Program-made: the position numbers and the translations under genes
Origin: Syncephalis fuscata S228
Taxonomy: Eukaryota; Fungi; Zoopagomycota
Length of the DNA: 64,000 nucleotides
Reading direction: 5' to 3'
Assembly: GCA_025786725.1 (NCBI GenBank)
Contig: JAHLTZ010000029.1
Coordinates: 281,597 to 345,596, forward strand
Shown here: piece by piece, positions 41,191-54,301 of the stretch
How the letters are laid out: every line of letters begins with the position of its first letter
How positions within the stretch are numbered: the stretch's first letter is position 1
Notes under the pieces: model-generated
Databases searched by the model: none
Seen by the model: only the letters and a program-made list of their open reading frames with translations
Told to the model about the DNA's origin: nothing

Positions 41191-41753
41191 GATGGCTTAA
41201 CTACACGCCATGCTATGATGTATTTTATTGCATATCAACAGCCATGTATGATCAAATTAAAGCTTTAAAAAGTATCTAAATAAGGCTGCCAACTGATTTT
41301 AAATGTTTCTCTCACGAATTTTATCGCTTGTTGGTATATTGTTCACTCTGTGCTGCATCTATCCGAACATTACAGCAGCTATACTATTTACTGGTTTTCA
41401 GTCAAAGAAAGCAGCTATGTGAGCATCACATTGATCATAGGGAGTAAGATATAATTAAAAAGTTTTATTTTATATTGATAAAAACATATGGCACAATAAA
41501 ATAAATAATATAAGATGCTATGGACAAATAAATGCAAGTATGCGAATACTGATAATAAAGGTATAGTGTGTATGACAATAAAATGAGTAAAATTAGTCGG
41601 ATTCTACAATTGATAAATCTATCAACAAACAAATGAGAGATTCAAATAGATTGTATTCAAAATACAATATGATGTCACACAGTAGAATGAATATACAATG
41701 ATAATTTAATAAACTGTTTATTGTATTTTGCCAGGCTAGTATTTGCCTTATGG

Positions 41754-42951
41754 CTATGATGAGCCTGTGCTCAGCTCTTTAGTTAAGCGTAGAAGCGATT
41801 CGATCTCTTGCGGAGTAGCCATACCGTGTGCATACCATCGAATACGCTGGTTGGCATCGACCAAGAAGACCCAACCTAGATAGGCATTGGTAATACCAAT
41901 ACGCTCTCGAATAGATTCGATATTACCATAGTGAATAATATAGTTTTGCTTATATAATTGCTGTTAGAAACGTTAGTTGCAACGGATTAGACTTACATGC
42001 CGTTCTGTTGATAAATGACGGCGAATATAAGGCTTACTCAGCCAAAGCAATGGAATCTTCAAATAGTTTTCTTGAATATTAAACTGCAAGATAAGTATGA
42101 ATAAAGCTGTAGATCAACGTAATGCCTACTTGCCTCTATTAACTGAGCTTGTTTATGATTAGTGCCGAATTCTTTAACAAACGGATCTATATAGCTGTTG
42201 ACATGGCGCTATTGTACAAATCATAAGCTAACTAGACAGCTGTAATCCATCGATTACTTGCCTCGCCAAACTGGGCAAAACACATAGATACAAGAGACAC
42301 GCGACCTTTTACTAAATTTAGACTATGAATGCGCTGACCAGTAAGTGTTGTTCCTGAGATATTCGGCAGATAGATGGCCCGCTGATGACAATTAAACATA
42401 CAATACTATATATGCAATGCAAGTACTTACACGGGCATTATTAAGCGCTGGTTTGGCTTCCCAGCGCTTTTCCCCCTTAACACGTAGATCTAAATGGTAT
42501 TTGGGATGGGTGGCTATTTATTTACACATAAAATACACGTACCATGTAAATCCTCCCAATACGATTTTTTCATATCCTTGGCTCTAAATACACGGCTGAT
42601 AAGTTAATACTGGCTATCGCTATTATTATACAATGACCATTCGTACAGTTTACTTTTACGCTCAACATGTTTTTCATAATCGACGGCATTTTTTAGCATT
42701 TGCTCATAACGTTCACGAATCGTTCGCTGGTCGATAGTCGGCGGCACATTATCATTTTGATTGGTGCTTTCAGCTTTTGGCACTTTGTCCAACGTGTCTG
42801 CAGCATGCGTTTCGCCTTTGGATGCAGCTGTCGGTCGGTTCGGCAATTCCTTGCTAGAATAATTAGCCACGGCAATGCGGGCCAGTTGAATCCGACCAGC
42901 CTGTAGCGTCGACACTCCTCGACACAATAAACTACGTTGAAATGACAACAT
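41754..42951 (-). CDS. ATP10: Mitochondrial ATP synthase assembly factor Atp10, multi-exon; 3' end approximate
   Basis: Presequence; YLPNISGTTL, FNIQENYLK and GWVFLVDANQRIRWYAHGMAT. Confidence 0.85.
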
Positions 42952-43360
42952 CACTGAACTGCTAAATTATATAAAAATGGGACGAAATACGTAAAACGCA
43001 CACACAAAACACCACATGATATCTTTGAAGCGTATGCCATCGGCACTCCAACGGCGCTAAATAGTAGTTATATGCACACAGTGCATATGGGCAACATGTA
43101 CACGCAAGCCTGTATGATACCAACATGAGGTCACTATCGCTAACACAAGGTGTGCCAAAGACTTCCATTTGCTCTTCTTTTTTTCGATCAATACTCTGTT
43201 GTCTGTTCCTATTAACTTGCCCCTCTTGTTAGTTTTCTGTGATCATTTCATCAACACTTTGTTCTTACATACTATTACTGCAATTCGATTGTTTATTTAT
43301 GAATAAGCTGTGCATTGGTTTCTATTATATTGCTTTGTGAGCACACTTCTTCACTCTTCG

Positions 43361-43394
43361 ATAAACCTTATATATATATATATATAAGGTTTAT
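43361..43394. repeat. Perfect 34-bp palindrome ATAAACCTT-(AT)8-AAGGTTTAT
   Basis: Seen directly in the divergent ATP10/NAB3-like intergenic region. Confidence 0.9.
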
Positions 43395-43667
43395 TGTTAT
43401 TTCATTTGCAACTACTGAGTAGCGTTATCAATCCGACTGTTGCTCAAGCTTTTTGCAATCATCTGAAGTACATACGTGTCTTGATAGACAAAGATAGCGG
43501 CGTATTATCTGCTGCCTATTAAACTCGAACGTGCCTATCAGCCGAATAACTGAGTTCTGAATTGATAACATTTATAAGAAATTGTTAGAGTTTTGAGTCG
43601 TTTTTATTCAATTTGTCGTTACAACTAGTTCAAGCTATTGGTATTAACTGAAGATACATTGTAAAAT

Positions 43668-46051
43668 ATGGATGAGTCAGGGATCGAGGTGAATAAGCTA
43701 TTAGAAGCAACGTCGAAATCAAATACAATTCAAGAAAACAGTGCACTTGTTGCTTCATTATCTATCGTAACTGAAGCTGCCACTAGTGCTACTACTAATA
43801 CTACAGATAGCATTAGTAACATCAGTAGTGATAGCAGTGATAGTGGTATTGGTAGCAATAGTAGTTATAGTAATATTGGTAGTAATTATAGTAATAACAG
43901 TCATAGCAATATTAATAGTGTTAGTAACAATAGTAGCAGCAGTAATGGAGTTAAAAGTATCATTGCTACTGCTTTATCAGCAGATTCTAATTTTTCTTTT
44001 TCTAAAACGGATAAACAGACTGAGAAATCATTGATGAAAACAGAAGTGCAAATACAAAGAAGTTTGTCAATAGATGAAGCATTAGCGGTAGTATCACTTC
44101 AAACTGAACAAGCACTAACAAATCAGGTGAATGAGAAGGACTTTGTTGAATCCACAACAAAAACAACAACAACAACAACTGCTACTACTACTCTCTCTTG
44201 TCAAACTGTGTCCATATTAGAGAAGAGAAGTATGACGGCGGCAGAGACCGCTCCATTTGATTCATCCCCTGTAACTGCCAAACGACACCGACAGCAATTA
44301 TCTGTCGTGTCTAATCGGCCGAAATTCTACATTCCACCCTTTTCTCGTTTGTTTATTGGAAATATTGTGCCAAATCTAGTACAAGAAACTGATCTTCGTG
44401 AAATATTTGAAATTTATGGTAAAGTATTGGAAATATCTATTAAGGGCACCTTTGCCTTTGTCCAGTTTGACAATGCTGAATCGTGTGCGACTGCACTGGC
44501 CAACCAGCGAAGTCAACCGATTAAAGGCCATTTCGTAGGCAAGTAACAACAAGGATGAGGATGAGGAGGAGCGTTGATGGATACAGCATATGTTCAGCAA
44601 ATAACCATAATCTCATTTCAATACTTTAGACATTGAAATGTGTCGCAAACAGCCTCGTGGCTATTATGCCGCATTAGCACGCCAAAGGCAACAGCACGAC
44701 CACCAACAACATTTGGTAACAGAATCCTCTGATGGTCCAGTTAGTCATCCAGTAGGAACTACTTCCCGTCACCATTTACCCTCAAATGGTTCCAGAAAGC
44801 GTGGTCATGGACGTCGAAATCACTTGAGCTATCATCCTTATCGTCCTAGTCCTTCAGCCAGTAGTAGTAGTGGTAGTAACAATGAATCTAATTGGTCACC
44901 TGGGCCTTATCCGACCTCTCCTCCGTCCTCATCTTCGTCTTCATCCAATTACCAATTATCACTATCTTCATCTTCCACGGCGATTGGGCCTGATGCCACT
45001 ATAGATTCACGTTTACCAAATCAATCGCTTGCTCCATCTGCTGTAACACCGTTGCCGGTAGATGATACTGGCTATCATGGATATCAGCATCGACAGTCAT
45101 ACCACGGCCATCATCAACGCTATCGTCAATCGTGCAGTCCACCGGGACGTCATCCCTCTACTATTTCTACCGTGTCGGATCCATATTACCGACAATCGCG
45201 TAGTCCTTCAGTGCAAGATTATAATGACCACTGGCATTCATTATCTTTACAGCATTTGTCTAGTGGTGAAAAGAGGCCACCGCCATTATCGTTATTGGCA
45301 CCTGTAACAGCATCAGTATCGGCGCCGACACCCATAGGATATTATGGATCTGAGGTACCTTTATGTCAAATCATAGTATTAGATCCTATTCAGCCGTATG
45401 TAATTCATTTATACAGTATTTACTAATAACTTTATTTAGTCGTTTTATTTCCTTTATCGAGCAAGGTTTAAAGGTGAGTCCAATTACCGTTAAAACGGTC
45501 TATTTTTCACCGGATAGATCGCTGAGAACAATGGTGCGTCAAATGGTCACGGAGGGAACGCGCGCTGTAGTGTTTCTTGAAAACAAACATGAACGTTTAT
45601 CACGCTTGTCTATGCAGCTATTCCACTCTTCGTTGAACCCAACGACGCCAGCTAGAGCGAATATAAGATCTGATGGTAAGATTGCTTTATTATTCAATGG
45701 ATGGACAACTAATTAGTGGTTAAATAAATAGAATATGAAGATATTACAATTGACGAGGCCATAGCCATTATAGAGCGAGACTTGAATATGTCATTGACCG
45801 CTGCATGCATACCAACTGTTGATCCACATATTAATGGTGGTAACCTAAATACACTGGCTGGTTTATTAAATTCACTTCAATCACCAACATCATCAACGGC
45901 ACCTACGATGCCCAATAACAATTATACCAATAGCAACACCACCGCCAACACAACTGCAACTACTCACGTAGAAGTTGGCCAGATATTACAAATCTTAAAC
46001 TCGGATAGCATTAATGCAACAAACAATTCTATTTATTCATTTCATTCTTAG
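43668..46051 (+). CDS. NAB3: Nab3/NCOA5-like RRM RNA-binding protein
   Basis: RRM SRLFIGNI...EISIKGTFAFVQFDN, an Arg/Ser/Pro-rich linker, and a second domain VPLCQIIVL...VRQMVTEGTRAVVFL...EYEDITIDEA. Confidence 0.7.
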
Positions 46052-46340
46052 TTTTCTTTCTTTGCTAGTTATTTCGTTTAATTTTAATTAAATTAAATAA
46101 TTAGATTGCTCTATAATTTAATTATAATTTTGATATTTAGTAAAAGTTTGTTATATGAAATAAAAATATATAACATGACGAGTATTATACAAATCATACA
46201 CAATTGAACTTGTAGTTTACATGGTGTATTTATAGGAGATATACTTTGATGCCATTAAATAGATTTAGGTAATGGTGGTAATAGATTTTAAAAATTAAAT
46301 TAAACAAAAAAACCACTTTGATTGAATAGACTGCGTCATT

Positions 46341-46654
46341 TTATTCTACTACATAGTTATACCATTTCGATGGCCTCACTTGGCAATTGATCTCGATTAT
46401 GCAACAGGGATTGGGTCGGCTTATTGCTGTCGTTCCTACCAACGGTGCTAATTCAAAACGAAGTGAAGGATCAACTGCTTGTTGGGGTGAAAGCGTTGAA
46501 AGCGGATTAAGTCCATGAGCTTGATGTTGTGTGCGATGTACTGCTTTTAATACATCCTTTTTGGTTACTAAACCAATAAGTTGTCCAGAGTCTTCAATTA
46601 AAATTACTCGAGGTCTATTAAATATGTAGTATAGTATTATTATTATTATTATTA

Positions 46655-46685
<31 letters not shown>

Positions 46686-49600
46686 TTTACTTGCCCCAAG
46701 GTTTTAAACAAATCTAGCACCACTTCCAATGCTTGTTTAGGATGCACAGTAATTGGTGTCTAGGATGAATTAATAAAATGTTAGAATTATAATATAAACA
46801 TAATAGTAGGCTCTATTTACTTGATCGACCCATGGTCCAAACTCAATCATACTACGTGATCCCATTTCGTCTTCATCGTCTCTATCGTGTAGCGCTGCAT
46901 GTCCCACATTGAAATAGCACACAGTGTCATCTGTAACATTATGCAGTCTCTTCGCTCTTTCTACAGCGTATTGTTATTTTAAATCAATAATAATAATGAA
47001 CAAAATCAATCCTACCAATGCAGTACCGTAACTCTGATCGACTAATATATCCCAATAGATGCATATCCTCACTGTTATCTATAATAGGGAATCCTTTGTA
47101 GTCTGTCGTCGACATAATGCTTTCTAGTGGTAACTATATTAACTATTGATCTGGATAATGGCATTACATCTTACCAATCGATGATAGATGTAGTCCTGAT
47201 GCTGGAAAAACGGTCAAATCAGATACCATAACGGCTGATACTGTTAACAGCTATTAGTAAATACCATGAGCAATGGCAGCATAAACTAGTATTTACCTGG
47301 TGCATTAAACGTATGGTCTTCTTTATCTAGGAATGGCAAGCCATATAATCTAATTAGCTGATCAGCAGTAATCACGACAATAAGTTAAGGAGTATTAACA
47401 AGCTATTAAATGGCTGCGTATTAATAGTAACATTCAAGATATATTCCGCCTAGATAAAATCGATCTCCCACTGCTTTGGCAACCATAGCCACGATCTATT
47501 AGAATTTGCTATTAGTTACTACGATAGAAATATAAAACTATTATTACCATTGTAGGTAAGATATAATCCAAAGCACCGGTCAATTCAAACATTATAACCA
47601 CCAGCGATACTAGATATAGCTTGTTGTTATAACACAACACCAACTGTAACACTCGAAACACTTACCAGTCATTTTAGTAACACCACTAAGCATGAATCAG
47701 CACTATTGAATAACGTATAATACAGTAGCTTACCATAATGCTGCTGCTGCACCTAGGAAAGCATAGGCACCCGGTGTAATACACTGGAGATAAGACATGT
47801 TTAGTAGAATATCACGTATAATCTACATGGAAATAACACACCGGAATATCAGGATGGCAGCTTGAGAATAGGAAAAAGTCTGGATAGGTACTAAATGGAC
47901 ATTACATACTGCGCAATACTAGCTGATAACTACTTACTGTTGCATCGACTGAACAATAATGCCTACCATACGGCCAAAACAGGCTCCAATAGCCATTGAA
48001 GGTACAAAAATACCAGCCGGCACTTTACAACCATAAGATATAATAGTGAATCCTATTCTTGTAATGGTGGCCCATAATAGTAACTGAACCATGTGTGTTG
48101 CTTGAGTTTGCCTATAAAAATAACAAAGGTATTATTATGTTTTAAATGAAAAAAGCAGAAATTAACACTTACTGACACAATCCTTTAAAGTCGCCATTTT
48201 CACATTCTTTAAACAATATCGACATCATTTCAGCCATATCCAATCTAGTTGTTATTGTTATTGTTATTGTTATTAACGGTATCATTTAATATATTCTATT
48301 TGCTTACCTCAGAAATAGATTAAAATAACCAATCATTGTTGTGACCATAGCAAGAATCATTACTTCTTGTACACCTCGGTTGGCAAGATACTTTTTACGA
48401 AGCTTGGCCACCTTTAGGTTATATTTAATAACAACAGCACCGTACAATCCCTAACAATAACACAGCTATGTTAGATAACTTGTTAATAAATAATAGATGA
48501 CAGATACTTACGCCAAATAATCCAATCAAAACAAATAAAATAATTTCAAAGAAATGCCAGTCTCTATCATAAGTTGCTTGAAACATAACAATATTACCCG
48601 TGCGGAATGGATTAATGGCCTATTGTTATAATAAATTATCAAATAAAACTGTATTTAAATAATTCATTAATTTACCTTTAGCACAACAGTAGCCACTAAA
48701 GCACAAAAAAAACTACGCCACATTGTTTTTAAGGTAAATTGTGAGCTCATTTCCTAACGTATACAATCATATTTAGTATTATTACTATTATTATTATTCG
48801 TATTTACACCATTCTTTATTACCTCTAATGCAAACAAAACACCACCAATAGGTGATCCGAATGCTACACCTACACCGGCAGCTGATGCCGCTGTAATAAT
48901 CTCCCGCTTCTTTGCTATTGTTATAAACATTAGAATTAGTAATTTATACAAATTATAAGCTGAATTAACCTACATTTATTATGTCGAAACTTGCTAAATA
49001 AGCGGGATACAACATTGCCTACACAACATGCCATATGAACTGCCGGCCCTTCTTTACCGATACTCATACCGGATCCTACCGATAGAGCCTATATTCATTT
49101 AATTTAACAATTGCTAATCATGACTAATCATTATTACTTACCAAACCAATACTTTTGATCAATAATGTCCATCCTCCAAGAAAACCATGAATAACAAATC
49201 CACCTATTCATTATTAATGATTTAAATTGCATTTATGTTCTACTATTCATTTACATAAAATTGTTTTGATTTCTGATATACCCGACCCTGCTGCGTATGG
49301 CGCATAAGACTTGACAAGATAGCCAATAGTGCCACAGAACAACGTCTATAATATGATTAGCAAGTAGTCAATGTATTTGGTTGCAACTTACTGCAAAACA
49401 TCCATAAAATATCCAATTAACAAGGAAATTTTCTCTTGACAATCCTAATGCAAAACTCCATTGAATCCAGTCGGGACATGATCCCTCTGTTCCATAGTTA
49501 TTACTACCATTTAGAATAATATTATATATCCACTACCTTGATCCCATATCTCCCAACAACAGAATTTCTCATTAAGCCACCTCCTGTGGAGCAGTATCCA

Positions 49601-50058
49601 TTTTTAAGATTGCTTAACCATTCCGTGGCAATATTGATAAACGCCGCATTAATTCCAATAACCAGGCCTATGATAAATAATTAAATTGTTTGATGCAAAT
49701 AAACAATGGACTAACTAACCAACAAGCAAGACAACAATCCAAGACTGACTGGCGTCGTAGAGAGTAAGAAGCCAGTAGCGCCAGCTGCCGTCGCGCTGTC
49801 GTCGCAGGCGGTGAAGACGGGCTCGTTCACGTATCGTGTCGCGTACCCAATCTAGAATTGAAGCGTTAGAACACTGGTACACGCGGACTAAACGGCTTCA
49901 TTACCAACAGTGGTGAAATCCTCGTAACGCCTTACAGCCTCTAGTTCGCTTGTGGTTGCCGGCTGATTGCTCTCGCTATTAGCACGGTGTGCTAGCGAGG
50001 CAAACCCCGTCGTCATTGCTCTATCCGCTGGAGATGCGGAATTCTCCGCCGTAGGCAT
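46341..50058 (-). CDS. GEF1: CLC-family chloride channel/antiporter (ClC-3/Gef1-like) with CBS domains; more than 20 introns, including one AT-AC intron
   Basis: [58 protein letters not shown] and [11 protein letters not shown]. Confidence 0.95.
46635..46685. repeat. (ATT)n microsatellite in a CLC intron
   Basis: Seen directly. Confidence 0.9.
47368..47442 (-). other. U12-type (minor spliceosome) AT-AC intron in the CLC gene
   Basis: 5' ATATCTTG, branch site TCCTTAAC (47391-47384) and 3' AC. Removal gives the conserved GGI|ADQLI; read-through hits TAA. Confidence 0.85.
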
Positions 50059-50728
50059 CACGTCTATATCTCGCAGAAAGAACGAAAGTGTCGTTGCTGT
50101 TAAAATAGCAAGGTTGATAAGACTAGCGAGGCAAGATGAGATAGTTGGCTAAGTGGTTGGTTAGACTGTATATTGTGCTGTACAAAAAGTGGTCTGAGTG
50201 TATAGAAAAAGCGATAATACCAATAGAAATATAATATACTGTGTTCCAAATTGTTATCTGTGTATCACATTTACTACAGTATCCATTAGTTTACTACACC
50301 TACTAAATCAATGAAGTAGTAAACAGAATATGCATCAAATATGTATTAATTCAATATATGAGTAATAATAACAAACTATTCATATTAATCAATAGCCATT
50401 CTATCCAGATACACTACTGTATTTAACAAATCTAATAAACTATTATTGCTGTTCATAGCAATATATTTACTGTAATTAATTATGTAAATAAATATTGAAT
50501 TTACTGCTACATATCTCAGTTAGCAAACCTATTACTACTTTATGATTTACATAAAATGTATCATTTACTTAAACTGCTGCACACCTTGTTTTAAAATAAC
50601 AAATTGTAATTACAAAATAATACTGTAAAAGCAATAACGCTATCTGTCACAAATTAAACATACATAAATAGCAATATTTATAACTTGTAGCTATGCAAAA
50701 TACTGATGATTTATTTCCCAGCGCAGCT

Positions 50729-51124
50729 TTATTTCTTCTGGGCATTTAATATTTCCTTGGCTTGAATGCTTACTTCACCATCAGGCTCAATGTATTGAAT
50801 ATGAGGGTTCGCAGTAAAGCTCTCTATAGAAACAAGATAAGACACCGACTGCGATAAATCAATACCACTTACGTAGCATGCTGTCTGGCAGAGTAGCTGT
50901 AATAGAATGGAAGCCATTGCCGATCTTTATCGGCTTCTCCGCGTTGCCGCCCTCGCTGTGGATGCTTTGACGAAGAGACTCGGCGGTGCTATCATCAACA
51001 CCTTTTTCAAGGACGATGATAAATTTGCCGTGTTCTTTAGCATCAATCCAAATCAATAAATAGCTAGTTAATTAGCTTTGTCAAAAAGCTTTAGCCCAGA
51101 TTACTTACGAGCTGGGCCTGACAT
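50729..51124 (-). CDS. Peptidase inhibitor I9 (subtilisin propeptide-like, Pbi2/POIA type), 3 exons
   Basis: KFIIVLEKGV...IHSEGG...FTANPHIQYIEPDGEVSIQ. Confidence 0.85.
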
Positions 51125-51457
51125 GATGACAAAAGAGCGGGTGCGTAGTTGACAAGCAATAAGTGATTGTGAACAAAGGGCCGTTTTTGCAAAAATGCTA
51201 CGTACAAGTAAAGAGTGAATAGCAAAAGTATACTAGTAATGAGTAAAACGAGAAAACGATACTGGACAAGTTCCAGCAAGCTTTAATGGCCACTTAAATA
51301 ACTAGATATGACGTGCTCTACAAGGTCACCTGAGCTGACGTCATCAGCACGGCGATATTCCTTTTCAAAATGATTTATTCTGCATGTAAAAGAATAGCAA
51401 CTGGCAACTGAATAACTATTGTCATAATCACGTGACTTAAAGTAAAAGAGAATAAAT

Positions 51458-52402
51458 CTAATAGCCACCACGGAAGCCACCACGACCGCGAGGGGCACCG
51501 CCGAAGCCGCCACGACCGCGAGGAGCACCACCGAAGCCGCCACGGCCACGGGGAGCGCCGCCAAAGCCACCACGACCACGGGGAGCACCACCAAAGCCAC
51601 CACGGCCACGAGGAGCACCGCCGAAGCCACCACGACCGCCACGACCTATTATTATACAATAAATAACATTGTTGTCATGTTAGAACATCTGCTAGATTGG
51701 TATTAGCTTTATAAATAAACTTACCGCCACGGGCACCACCACGACCGCCACGAGCAGACTTTTCGACTATGGCGAGTATTAATTAGCAATTATCGTTAAT
51801 TTGATATTGGTATTTTATTAAATCACTTACCCTTGGTCATCTTAGGCTTAGGTAGGAAACGTTCGAGTGGTAGTAATTTATCGGGTGCAATAAATACTTT
51901 ATCATCAGATTTAAAGGATCCGGCTACTACGCCATCTTGTAGTTTCACAGTGAAAAACACTTCGTTCATTGGACCAAGAATCTCATCGACCTTGCCGATC
52001 TGTGTCTTGTTTTCAAGGTAGATGGGTGCATTAAAGTATGGAATTTTGGTGCTAGTAGATTTGCACACCATCTCGCCTTCACATGGGTGCATAAAAGCTC
52101 CCATCTCTATTGGGTAGCAATAGTCATAGCAATAATAATAATAGCAACAATTTAAATAAACGTTTTAAATATAAGTATATAGATAGCGCTTTTAATTAAA
52201 TAGCTTACCAACAACTGAATCTGGAGGGCCAGCCGAGAAACCGCCAGAGCCACCACCACGACCTATATACAGTAGAATAGTTAGAATCAAGCTATTGCTA
52301 GTCCAGCATTGCCGGACGTTCATGAATAGTCGTCTATTTACCGCCACGGAAACCACCGCCGCCACGTCCGCCACGGAAACCACCACGATTACCAAAAGAC
52401 AT
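51458..52402 (-). CDS. GAR1: H/ACA snoRNP subunit Gar1
   Basis: RGG-rich ends flanking [53 protein letters not shown]...LLPLERFLP. Confidence 0.97.
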
Positions 52403-52759
52403 GCTGTATTTTTATTGATCAAGAATGAGGAACGTTATTGATTAAAATCCGTACAATTGCGTGCGGTGGCAAAAGAATGAAAAAAGCAGATCGTGTTGGA
52501 CTGCCCGACAAAAGAAAAAAAAGAAAGGCTTAGTTCAGTTTAGAAAAAGAAAATCGATTCTATCTGATTTGAACAAAGGCAAAATCAAGAAACAAATACA
52601 CCATTTAAAACTCCACACAATATTTACCATAATGGGCAACTAGCATTACATTTATAACTAATAACGTTGTAATAATAATTTTTTACTCTTCCTTCTATTT
52701 CATTTCTAACAAACCTTAAGACCGCCCCTAACAAACATATAGACGATAGAATTATTAAA

Positions 52760-54063
52760 ATGATTAACTGTCGATTTACTTTACTATTTATAATTGGTGC
52801 AATATATTCTTATATAATATTGCTTAATATACCCATTGTGCTTGGCTTAAAATGTAAGATAATGAATTAGTCCTCTATCCATTGCTAACACTCAGTGCTA
52901 ACTATCATTGATTTCTACAGGCAGGTTACTTAAACAAGAAGCTAGAAAACATCAGAAAGATATTATTACTGCCTTGAATCAGCCACAGCTGAAAATTAAG
53001 CAATGGACGCGCCAAACAACATGTGGATCGCAGGCCGAAGTACTATGGAAAACAACACCTGCTTTTCTCAAGTGTGTTCCATCTATAGAGGATGTTGATG
53101 AGGAAATATTAGTATTTAATGTAAGTTTTGTCTGATCAGTGTAGCAATTTATAACGTTAATTTATTATTATAGCGATTAAAAGACGCACAAAAGCTGTAC
53201 AGAGGAAAGAATATTATTGGAATAAACCGTGTACAACAGCCGTTGTATATGGCTAGCATAGATGATTACACTTGCTTTATTTACACCTATGGCGGATCAT
53301 GGACCATTAGGGACTTTTTTAAATACAGTACTTGGGAGAAAAAAGTCAAATATTTACCGCAAATTATGTATCAGCTACTCGAAGGTAAACGAAATATTAG
53401 TACAACACAATAGCCTTAGACTAACTATGCAAATTAGGTATTGCTTATTTGAACGACGCGGGTATAAGCCACGGTGATATCAATGATTCCAGTAAGTTTA
53501 TAGTAGTGTATAAATAATACACTAAAAGATTGGTAGACATTATGATTCAAGTTTTAGCTCGATCAACGAAAATAGCTATTACCATTATTGATTATGACAT
53601 TTGCACGCTGCTAACTAAACAGTTTGCTCATAATGCTCAATTTAAAAATGACCTTTCCCTTAGCTCGATTGCTCAACTTCAACAAGATATGCTGCAACCA
53701 GCCTCTCTAATTGGCTCCTATCTAACTGGTATTAGTTACAATATGGCGGGAGATGATCGTGAAATATGGCAACGATATATTCATGCATTACTAGGCAGCT
53801 TTAATAAGCAAGCATCACTAGAGACAAATAAGCTGCCGTATGATATAAAACTAATTCAAATATTACAATTAAGCGATACCAATGCTTATTATATGCACCT
53901 TAAGAGACAGTTTTATCCTATAGTAAAAATTTTAAATAAAATGCTGCCGGAGCACTTAGAAGACACGCCAACTGCCAAGCAAGTTCTAAACAGTTTACCA
54001 CCAATCTTACCTAGTGCTAAAGACTCTATTTTGATCAATCCTTTACGTTTTGTCATGATTTGA
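52760..54063 (+). CDS. Secreted atypical protein kinase or pseudokinase (361 aa); exons 52760-52853, 52921-53120, 53174-53384, 53438-53491, 53537-54063
   Basis: Hydrophobic N-terminal signal; AFLKC (beta3 Lys); EE (alphaC); QLLEGIAYLNDAGISHGDINDSNIMI (catalytic loop); IIDYD (DFG equivalent); PTAKQVL (subdomain XI). Confidence 0.75.
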
Positions 54064-54301
54064 TGCAATAAAAACGCCAAATTATAAGATCACACTATTA
54101 ATAGTATTGAAGTAAACATTAGTCATTTCAATGTTACTGATGACCAATAAGCTAATCTAAATAATAACACATGTATAGAGACATTTAGTGGAAAGAAAAG
54201 GATTTAAATGATCAACATGCAACAATAGTGGCTAGATAGCATGGACAGGGCAATTAAACATTGTTAGTTAATTAAGTATAGATGGTTCTGTATAGTAAAA
54301 A

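Noticed and set aside
51283-51659. Val/Ala-rich and Trp/Arg-rich ORFs, and a CRISPR-like periodic repeat
   Set aside because: These are alternative frames of the GAR1 RGG-repeat exon; there are no spacers and the context is eukaryotic.
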